Assembly: GCA_003221075.1 (NCBI GenBank)
Contig: QHUF01000279.1
Coordinates: forward strand, 1-33,865
Direction: 5' to 3'
Length of the DNA stretch: 33,865 bases
Origin: Gemmatimonadota bacterium
GTDB taxonomy: Bacteria > Gemmatimonadota > Gemmatimonadetes > Gemmatimonadales > GWC2-71-9
Below the pieces are notes generated by a model. That model had not been told where the DNA came from and ran no database searches. It saw only the letters and a list, made by a program, of their open reading frames with translations. Positions 27,135 to 33,865 of the stretch are shown piece by piece. The position numbers and the translations under genes were made by a program. Numbering within the stretch: the first letter of the stretch is position 1; every line of letters begins with the position of its first letter.

Positions 27135-28144
27135 GCAGGCCGCTGCAGCTCGCGCTCTTCCTGCTGGGCGCCACGATCTTCGGCTATCTCGTCGCCCAAA
27201 TCGGCGTCGCCCAGCTCGTGTCCGATGCGGAACGCACCGGCTTCATGTTCGTGCCGATCGTGCTGCTCTATGCGCTGGTCTACGCCTGCAGCGCGCGTGC
27301 CTGGCAGCTGACCATGGGAGATTCCGAGCGCCCGTCGTTCTGGCGCACCTACGCGGTGACGATCTCCGCGGGCGCGCTGAACTTTCTGACGCCTGTCGTT
27401 AACGCCGGCGGTGAGCCGCTCCGCGTCGCTGCCTTGGCGCCGTGGCTGGGGAAACGGCGCGCCGCCGGCTCCGTCATTCTGCACCGCATGCTGCATTCGT
27501 TCACGTACGTGTTGGTCTGGTTCACCGCCATCGTACTGGCGCTTGCGCTGCTGCCGCGCGAGACCCCGAACGTAGTCCGGGTCATCCTGGGAGTGATGGG
27601 TCTGCTGCTCCTGGGCGTCATCGCGCTGTTCATGTCGGCGCACCGGAGCGGTGCGCTCGAGCGGGTCTTGAACTGGATGAGTCGAGTCCCCCTGGTGCGC
27701 CGCCTCGCCGTGCTGCTCGAGCGGAAGCGCGCGCTGCTGATCGAGCTGGACCGGCAGATTACGGAATTCTATCACCGCCAACCGGGACGCTTCGCAAAAG
27801 CGATCCTGCTCGAGTATCTGAGCCGCTGCATCTTCATGCTCGAGCTGGTCCTCATCGTCGCCAGTCTCGGGTTCCGGATCGGCTACCTCCGCGCATTCTC
27901 GATCGGCGGGCTCGAAGCGCTCGCGGGCAACGTCCTGTTTGTCGTGCCGTTTGAAATCGGCGCGCGGGAAGGGGCGTACTACGCGCTCTTCAATCTCTTC
28001 GGGCTCGACCCGCAGCTCGGCCTCTACACGTCGATCGTGGGTCGCGTCCGCGACTTCGCGTGGATCGGCGCCGGGGTGCTGCTGATCTGGACGACTCCTG
28101 TTGCGTCTGCTGCGTCTGCTGCGTCTGCTGCGCCTGAAATATGA
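27131..28144 (+). CDS. Lysylphosphatidylglycerol-synthase TM / flippase-like membrane protein (UPF0104-like)
   Basis: Multi-TM protein with AWQL, LNFLTPVVNAGGEPLR and VPFEIGAREG. Confidence 0.85.
   Translation: MSRPLQLALFLLGATIFGYLVAQIGVAQLVSDAERTGFMFVPIVLLYALVYACSARAWQLTMGDSERPSFWRTYAVTISAGALNFLTPVVNAGGEPLRVAALAPWLGKRRAAGSVILHRMLHSFTYVLVWFTAIVLALALLPRETPNVVRVILGVMGLLLLGVIALFMSAHRSGALERVLNWMSRVPLVRRLAVLLERKRALLIELDRQITEFYHRQPGRFAKAILLEYLSRCIFMLELVLIVASLGFRIGYLRAFSIGGLEALAGNVLFVVPFEIGAREGAYYALFNLFGLDPQLGLYTSIVGRVRDFAWIGAGVLLIWTTPVASAASAASAAPEI
28102..28137 (+). repeat. In-frame 9-bp tandem repeat (TGCGTCTGC x3 plus one degenerate unit)
   Basis: Encodes ASAASAASAA at the C-terminus of the flippase-like protein. 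Confidence 0.85.
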
Positions 28145-28578
28145 CAATTGTCACGCACGCGCTCGCAACGACACTTGGTGTGAGAGTGTTGAAGCTCACG
28201 GGAAGTGACGCGCTGCTCGCCTACATCTTCGGCGTCGGAGTGGACATCGATCATGCCATCAAGGCTCCCTTCTATCTGCGAACGGTAGGCCGTCGGAGGC
28301 AGTTGGGTTATTATTGGCGAACGTCACTCCAGGAGCCTGTCGCACTGCTGTGGATCCTGCCGCTGTGCCTCTTCCTGGGCACATGGGTGCCGGCGCTCTT
28401 TTTTCTCATTCACCTCGCGATGGATTACAGCGTCGGCTACGAGAAAATGCCGTGGTATCCGTATTCGCCGCTCGTGACGCAGGGGTTTCTGGTGGGAGTT
28501 TCCGACAAGACGAAGGAAGCCATCCTCATCGTGGTTCTGCTATGTACGAATTTGCTCCTGTTCTTGGCTCCACTGTAG
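28141..28578 (+). CDS. Small membrane-bound metal-dependent hydrolase (YdjM-like)
   Basis: N-terminal THAL, DIDH and HLAMD motifs in a hydrophobic protein. Confidence 0.65.
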   Translation: MTIVTHALATTLGVRVLKLTGSDALLAYIFGVGVDIDHAIKAPFYLRTVGRRRQLGYYWRTSLQEPVALLWILPLCLFLGTWVPALFFLIHLAMDYSVGYEKMPWYPYSPLVTQGFLVGVSDKTKEAILIVVLLCTNLLLFLAPL

Positions 28579-29147
28579 ACCGCGGCATTCGCCCCGTGCT
28601 GCGGTTCGTGCACGTCACCCTCGGGCTTTCTCCCGATCAGGTGACTTGGGCGGCGTTTTGGGTGAGCGCGGCCGCGGCGGCCGTGTTCGCGACTGGCCGT
28701 GTAATCCCGGCGCTCGTCCTCATGGGGGTCGGACAAATCCTCGACGCGCTCGCCGGCGGCATCGCGCGCGAGTTTGGCCTCGTGTCCGCGGCGGGCCACC
28801 GGCTCGACACGCGGCTCGATCGCGCGTCCGAGATTGCCATTTTCCTGGGTTGCGCGGTCGGCGGGCTCGTCTCGTTTCGACTGGCAGCGCTTGCATCGGT
28901 CGCCGTGCTGCTGCTCACGACGATCGTGGATCGCTCCAGGCTCGATCCGGGCATGAAGCGGTTCGCGCTGTACTTCGGGATCTGGCTGCCGTACCCGCTC
29001 ATCTTCACGATCGTCTTCGTCGTGAATTTGGCGGCGTACGTCGTCGGCCTGCTCATCATCGACTGCCGCTTTCAGCGCGACATGGATGCGCTCGGCGGCG
29101 ACCTGAACACCGTTGCGTCGCGGGCCGCCCGCCTCGGGACGCCCTAG
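28542..29147 (+). CDS. Second CDP-alcohol phosphatidyltransferase-like protein with a degenerate signature
   Basis: From ATG 28542: [33 protein letters not shown]. The second Asp of DxxDG is Ala. Confidence 0.8.
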   Translation: MYEFAPVLGSTVDRGIRPVLRFVHVTLGLSPDQVTWAAFWVSAAAAAVFATGRVIPALVLMGVGQILDALAGGIAREFGLVSAAGHRLDTRLDRASEIAIFLGCAVGGLVSFRLAALASVAVLLLTTIVDRSRLDPGMKRFALYFGIWLPYPLIFTIVFVVNLAAYVVGLLIIDCRFQRDMDALGGDLNTVASRAARLGTP

Positions 29148-29992
29148 TGCCGGCGCTGCAGCATCCGTACGTCGTCGTGGCACCGGCGGAGACGGTCCAC
29201 GTCGAGGCCTGGCCCGGCGCCGGCAAACCCGTCGCGGTCATCCCGGGACTGTTCGGCGGGTCGTTCACGTTTCGGAAGGTCATTCCGCTGCTCACGGCTC
29301 AGGGGTTTCGCCCCATCGTCATCGAACCGCTCGGCACCGGTTTTTCGAGCCGTCCGCTCAAGGCCGACTACTCCCTGGCCGCGCAGTCGCATCGCATCGC
29401 CGCCGTGCTCGATTCGCTGAACGCGGGCCCGGTGCTCGTGCTCGCGCATTCCCTCGGCGCGGCGATCGCGTTTCGGCTCGCGATCGACAGACCCGACCTC
29501 GTACGCGGCATCGTCTCGCTCGAGGGTGGACCGACCGAAGAGGCGACGACACCGACCTTCCGCAGCGCCATGCGCTACCTGCCGTGGGTGAAGCTGCTCG
29601 GCGGGATCAATCTCGTGCGGCGCAAGATTCGCGGAATGCTGCTCGAGTCTTCGGGCGACCGATCCTGGGTGACGGACGGCATCGTTTTGGGCTACACCCT
29701 CGGCGAGGCGCGCGATTTCGACGCGACACTCAGGACCTTCATGGCAATGTCGCGCGCCCGGGAGCCGGCGAAGCTCCTTCCACACCTCGGCGACATTGCG
29801 TGTCCCGTCACGCTCGTGGTTGGGACGGCGCACCACGACGGCGACGTGCCGCCGCAGGAAGTCGCGCTCATGAGTCACTCGATCGTCTCGTTCGAGGCGG
29901 ACAGCGAGCGCGGCGCGGGGCACTACCTGCAGGAAGAGCGGCCCGCGGCCGTGGCGTCGGCCGTCGCGCGGTTGTCCCAGCGGGCGCGATGA
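29147..29992 (+). CDS. Alpha/beta-fold hydrolase
   Basis: GTG 29147 overlaps TAG; IPGLFG oxyanion region, PLGTGFS, AHSLG nucleophile and GAGHYLQEERP. Confidence 0.88.
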   Translation: MPALQHPYVVVAPAETVHVEAWPGAGKPVAVIPGLFGGSFTFRKVIPLLTAQGFRPIVIEPLGTGFSSRPLKADYSLAAQSHRIAAVLDSLNAGPVLVLAHSLGAAIAFRLAIDRPDLVRGIVSLEGGPTEEATTPTFRSAMRYLPWVKLLGGINLVRRKIRGMLLESSGDRSWVTDGIVLGYTLGEARDFDATLRTFMAMSRAREPAKLLPHLGDIACPVTLVVGTAHHDGDVPPQEVALMSHSIVSFEADSERGAGHYLQEERPAAVASAVARLSQRAR

Positions 29993-31092
29993 GTCCGCTG
30001 CGAATCGCCTTGGTCGCGGAGGACTACTACCCGCAGTTGGGCGGGGTGCCCGAGCACGTGCACCACCTGGCGCGAGAGCTCGACAGCCTCGGTCATCATA
30101 CGACGATCGTGACGTCGAACATGAGGGAGCAGGGAGCGGAGGCACATGCCGACGTGCGCCGCATTGGGACGAGTCTGGTGATCTACGCGAACGGTGGGGT
30201 CGCGCGAATCACCGTCGGCTGGCGGTTGACGGCCCGGTTCGAGGAGCTGTTTCGCAAAGAGCGATTCGACATCGTGCATGTGCACGGTGGCTTGAATCCC
30301 ACGCTCGGCATCGTCGCGCCCCGTGCCGCCTGGCGTGCGGGCATTCCCGTCGTCGCCACGTTTCACACCTGGTTTCCCCGCTCGATCGGCCTTCGCCTCC
30401 TGCGCCGGCCGTTCCAGCGGATGCTCGACCGCCACGCCGCCGCGATCGCAGTCAGCCGTGCCGCACAAGAGGCGATGGCTCGCTATTTCACGGCGCCGTG
30501 GGAGATCATTCCGAACGGCGTGGACACGACGTTCTTCCGTCCCGGCCTCGAGCGACGCTCCCCCGGACCGAGGTTGCTGTGGCTCGGACGGATCGAGCCG
30601 CGCAATGATCTCGGGACCGTCCTCGCCGCGATGCCGCGGATCCTCGAGCGCCATCCCGAGGCGCATCTCATCGTCGTCGGCGACGGGCCATGGCGCTCGC
30701 GGATGGAGCGCGCCGCCCGCCGGCTCGGACCGTCCGTCGAGTTCGCGGGCTACGCGAATGGGGGCCGCCCCGGATTCTACCGCAGCTCCGACGTCTATCT
30801 GTGCCCCACCACGCGAGCATCGTTTGGCGTGACGCTGCTCGAAGCGATGGCGTGCGGCACGCCGCTCGTGGTCTCCGACATTCCGGCCTTCCGCGATCTC
30901 GCCGGCCAGGCGCACGCGGTATTCGTCCCGCCCGGTGATCCCGACGCGTGGGGTCGAGCCGTGTGCGCGCTGATCGACGATACGGAGCGGCGTGCGACGA
31001 TGGCGCGGGAAGGACGGCGCGTCGCCGAGCGGCATGCGTGGCCCCTCGTGGCGCAGCAGGTGCTCGCGGTGTACCGGCGGGTGACGGGATGA
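29989..31092 (+). CDS. GT4 glycosyltransferase (PimA/MshA/PIG-A-like)
   Basis: From ATG 29989: RIALVAEDYYPQLGGVPEHV, DIVHVH, VATFHT, IIPNGVD and SFGVTLLEAMACG. Confidence 0.92.
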   Translation: MSPLRIALVAEDYYPQLGGVPEHVHHLARELDSLGHHTTIVTSNMREQGAEAHADVRRIGTSLVIYANGGVARITVGWRLTARFEELFRKERFDIVHVHGGLNPTLGIVAPRAAWRAGIPVVATFHTWFPRSIGLRLLRRPFQRMLDRHAAAIAVSRAAQEAMARYFTAPWEIIPNGVDTTFFRPGLERRSPGPRLLWLGRIEPRNDLGTVLAAMPRILERHPEAHLIVVGDGPWRSRMERAARRLGPSVEFAGYANGGRPGFYRSSDVYLCPTTRASFGVTLLEAMACGTPLVVSDIPAFRDLAGQAHAVFVPPGDPDAWGRAVCALIDDTERRATMAREGRRVAERHAWPLVAQQVLAVYRRVTG

Positions 31093-31733
31093 TGGGGTTC
31101 GACCTGATCTTCGGGCCGTCGGTCGAGCGCGGCCCCAGGAATCGGCGGATCTACCTGACCTTCGACGACGGGCCGAACGAGCGGGCCACGCCGGCGATTC
31201 TCGAGACCCTCGCCGCAGCGCGCGTACCGGCGGCGTTCTTCATGGTTGGCGATCACGTGCGGAGGTTTCCGAGGACCGCACGGGACGTGGCGGGTGCTGG
31301 GCACCTGGTTGGTAATCACACCTATAATCACGTGAAGCTGCACTTCGCCGGTCCCAAAAAGATTCGAACACAGCTCAGAAAAACGCACGATGCGATCGAG
31401 TCGGTGATGGGGGTGACTCCACGGTCATTCCGGGCGCCGCACGGATTTCGGAGTCCATTTCTCATATCGATAATTGTGGATATGAGCTATACCGTGTTCG
31501 GCTGGACGTTTGGCGTGTTCGATACGGCCAAACCCGGCGTGGAGCAGATCCGGCGGCGCGTTCGCAAACGCTTGAGGCCAGGCGCGATTGTGCTATTGCA
31601 TGATGGCGACGGCTACGATCCTGAAGGGGACAGGATGCAGACGGCGAAGGCGCTACCAGGAATTATCGAGGATGCCCAGGCTGACGGTTACGGATTTGGA
31701 TCCCTGAGCGAACTGCTCGGCAATCACTCCTGA
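31089..31733 (+). CDS. Polysaccharide deacetylase (CE4/NodB)
   Basis: LTFDDGP, GNHTYNH, FRAPHG and IVLLHD; no signal peptide; ATGA coupling to the GT4 gene. Confidence 0.92.
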   Translation: MMGFDLIFGPSVERGPRNRRIYLTFDDGPNERATPAILETLAAARVPAAFFMVGDHVRRFPRTARDVAGAGHLVGNHTYNHVKLHFAGPKKIRTQLRKTHDAIESVMGVTPRSFRAPHGFRSPFLISIIVDMSYTVFGWTFGVFDTAKPGVEQIRRRVRKRLRPGAIVLLHDGDGYDPEGDRMQTAKALPGIIEDAQADGYGFGSLSELLGNHS

Positions 31734-32307
31734 CGGGACATTCCGGACACTTGGGCTTTCGAGCGGTGCACACAAGCGCGCCAAGCTCCATCAGCGCCTG
31801 ATTGAATCTCCACGCTCGCTCCCCCTTCTTTGGCACCAGCCGCTCGGCGAGCTCCCACACGTCCTTCGAGCCGAAGGCTCGCTCCAGCACTCTGCGCACG
31901 TTCGTATCGACGGTCGCCACGGGTTTTTCATACGCAAAGCACGCCACTGCTCCTGCTGTGTACCGCCCGACACCGGGTAGTGTCCGTAAGTCCTCGGGCT
32001 TGTCGGGTAGCGTGCCGTCGTGCAGACGTGTGACTTCCCGAGCGAGCCGATGGAGGTTACGGGCACGCGCGTAGTAGCCCAGGCCATCCCATGCTTCCAT
32101 CACAGCTTTGGGTTGCGAGCGCGCGAGCGAGCCGAACGTGGGAAATCGCTTCAGAAACCGCGGGTAGAATTCCAAAACCCGGCTGACCTGCGTCTGCTGC
32201 AGCATGAACTCAGACACGAGGACGGCATAGGGATTGCGCGTCTTGCGCCATGGAAGGACGCGTGCGTTGCGCTTGTACCAGGCTAACAGCTTGCGCGTGA
32301 AGCTCAT
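31663..32307 (-). CDS. mutY: Short MutY-like A/G-specific adenine glycosylase (HhH-GPD plus 4Fe-4S)
   Basis: From ATG 32307: LPWR, VSEFMLQQTQV, WDGLGYYARARNL, LPGVGRYTAGA, VDTNV and CTARKPKCPECPVRSDC; 214 aa with no C-terminal domain. Confidence 0.9.
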   Translation of the reverse strand: MSFTRKLLAWYKRNARVLPWRKTRNPYAVLVSEFMLQQTQVSRVLEFYPRFLKRFPTFGSLARSQPKAVMEAWDGLGYYARARNLHRLAREVTRLHDGTLPDKPEDLRTLPGVGRYTAGAVACFAYEKPVATVDTNVRRVLERAFGSKDVWELAERLVPKKGERAWRFNQALMELGALVCTARKPKCPECPVRSDCRAVRSGIQIRNRQPGHPR

Positions 32308-32328
32308 AGCCACACAAGATACAGGCCA

Positions 32329-33129
32329 ATGAAAGCATTCACTGCCGCCCTCGACCTGCGGCGATATGTCGGGCGGTGGTCCTTGCGGAGCGCCAGCCAT
32401 GCCGGGCGCTTCTTCTTTATGCTGCTGGACCTGGTGCGCGGCGTCCTGGAGTGGCGCGTCTGGCTCCCCCGCACCCTTGATCTGACAATGGGCGTCGGCT
32501 ACGGCAGCCTCTTTATCGTGTTGCTGGTGGCGGGGTTTGCCGGTGCCGTGACGAGTCTCCAGGCCGGCTACCAGTTCACCGGCCAGCTCCCCCTCTACGT
32601 TGCCGGCGGAATCATCTCCGAATCGATGATTCTCGAGCTGGGCCCCGTGCTTACCGGGCTGATCCTGGCAGGCCGGATCGGCGCCCGCTACGCCGCTGAG
32701 CTTGGGAGCATGCGCGTGACCGAGCAGATCGACGCGCTCGAAAGCCTGGGCCGCTCGCCGGTGACGCACCTGCTCCTGCCCCGGATCCTGGCTGGCTTGA
32801 TCGCGATCCCGGCGCTGGTGATGCTGGCCAATGCGTTCGGCATCGTCGTGGGGTACATCACGGCCCAGTCGTCCCTCGGCCTGACATACGCGGACTTCGA
32901 GTTCGGCTCGCGTTACTTCTTCCGGCCGCTCGATCTGTACTATTCGCTCGTCAAGTCATTCGCCTTCGCTGGAGCGGTCACGATCATTCCCTGCTACATC
33001 GGTTTCAACACGCAGCAGGGAGCTGAGGGCGTCGGCCGGGCGACCACGCAGGCCGTGGTGGCGGCATCCGTCACCGTGCTGATGCTCGATACAATTCTCA
33101 CGAAGCTCATTCTGGGGACCGCGAAATGA
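32329..33129 (+). CDS. mlaE: MlaE-family ABC transporter permease
   Basis: ELGPVLTGLILAGRIGARYAAELGSMRVTEQIDALE and GAEGVGRATTQAVV. Confidence 0.93.
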   Translation: MKAFTAALDLRRYVGRWSLRSASHAGRFFFMLLDLVRGVLEWRVWLPRTLDLTMGVGYGSLFIVLLVAGFAGAVTSLQAGYQFTGQLPLYVAGGIISESMILELGPVLTGLILAGRIGARYAAELGSMRVTEQIDALESLGRSPVTHLLLPRILAGLIAIPALVMLANAFGIVVGYITAQSSLGLTYADFEFGSRYFFRPLDLYYSLVKSFAFAGAVTIIPCYIGFNTQQGAEGVGRATTQAVVAASVTVLMLDTILTKLILGTAK

Positions 33130-33865
33130 GCATCGAGCTGAAGAAGGTCTCCAAGCGGTTCGTCGACAACGTCGTGCTCGACGGCGTCGACTTCTTCGTG
33201 GCCGAGGGCGAAACGGTCGCGCTGCTCGGTCCTTCTGGCGTCGGCAAGAGCGTCCTGCTCAAGCATATCATCGGCTTGATCAAGCCCGATTCGGGCGAGG
33301 TGTGGGTCGACGGGCAGCAGGTGCCGTTGCTGGGTCGCAAGGCGCTGGCGCTCCTGCGCAGCCGCATCGGCTACGTCTTTCAGAACGGCGCGCTGTTCGA
33401 TTCGATGGACGTGTTTGAGAACATCCGGCTCGGCATCACCGACGAGCAACAGAATGCGGACAAGGACTACTGCATTCAGCGGGTGAAGGAATGTCTGCGC
33501 CTCGTCAACCTGAACGAGGACGTGGGCGACAAGTTTCCATCGGAGCTGTCGGGCGGGATGCGCAAGCGGGTGGGGATTTCCCGGGCCATCGCCGGAAAAC
33601 CGGTATACTTGCTCTACGACGAGCCGACCTCCGGCCTCGACCCCGTGAACGCCGATGTCATCGATTCGCTGATCGAGCGGTTGCAGCAGGAGATCGGGGT
33701 GACGAGCGTTGTCGTGACGCACGATGTACGTGGCGCGTTTCGCGTTGCGGACCGGATCGCGCTGCTGTCTAAGGCGAAGATCCGCGCCGTGGGGACGGCC
33801 GACGAGATCATCGCGTCCAGGGATCCCGTCGTGCAGCAGTTCCTGGAGCGCGACTTCGAGATGGC
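33126..33865 (+). CDS. mlaF: MlaF-family ABC transporter ATP-binding protein, runs off the window
   Basis: Manual translation from ATG 33126: Walker A GPSGVGKS, FQNGALFDSM, signature LSGGMRKRV, Walker B LLYDEPTSGLDP and VVVTHD. Confidence 0.93.
   Translation, partial: MSIELKKVSKRFVDNVVLDGVDFFVAEGETVALLGPSGVGKSVLLKHIIGLIKPDSGEVWVDGQQVPLLGRKALALLRSRIGYVFQNGALFDSMDVFENIRLGITDEQQNADKDYCIQRVKECLRLVNLNEDVGDKFPSELSGGMRKRVGISRAIAGKPVYLLYDEPTSGLDPVNADVIDSLIERLQQEIGVTSVVVTHDVRGAFRVADRIALLSKAKIRAVGTADEIIASRDPVVQQFLERDFEM

Noticed and set aside
21807-31733. Aminoglycoside antibiotic cluster
   Set aside because: Dehydrogenase, aminotransferase, GT and deacetylase fit superficially, but there is no cyclitol synthase, resistance gene, exporter or regulator. 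CDP-alcohol transferases and a flippase-like protein point to a membrane lipid.
1-33865. tRNA, rRNA, transposase, prophage or defence genes
   Set aside because: None recognised; nearly all sequence is accounted for by the listed CDSs and short intergenic elements.

Overview
High-GC bacterial window. SusC/SusD genes in a high-GC background and the gene content suggest Gemmatimonadota (inference). It has four blocks. (1) 1-11626: a PUL-like sugar-uptake region. A SusC-SusD-FG-GAP/VCBS lipoprotein operon (-) diverges from a secreted uncharacterised (alpha/alpha)6 glycosidase-like gene, a Na+/sugar symporter and a GH37 trehalase (+). (2) 11752-17204: a convergent otsA-otsB-GH15 trehalose operon, with OtsA fused to a membrane sensor-like N-terminus. 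It is followed by a probable outer-membrane-protein remnant and crcB under a clear fluoride riboswitch. Three copies of a nested-palindrome repeat (two of 142 bp, one shortened) punctuate these blocks and supply the trehalase start and stop codons. A GTAG-type REP sits inside a larger inverted repeat between crcB and nadE. (3) 17337-21744: nadE, thioesterase, patatin, CBS, DUF2203-like and membrane genes. (4) 21807-31733: a tightly coupled 12-gene operon (HAD, NTP-transferase, ATP-grasp, class III aminotransferase, two CDP-alcohol phosphotransferases, Gfo/Idh/MocA dehydrogenase, flippase-like protein, membrane metal hydrolase, alpha/beta hydrolase, PimA-like GT4, CE4 deacetylase). This is the best candidate for an undescribed system, a putative amino-cyclitol or amino-polyol (glyco)phospholipid pathway. 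The window ends with a short MutY and mlaE/mlaF. All family calls come from motif recognition by eye; no searches were run.
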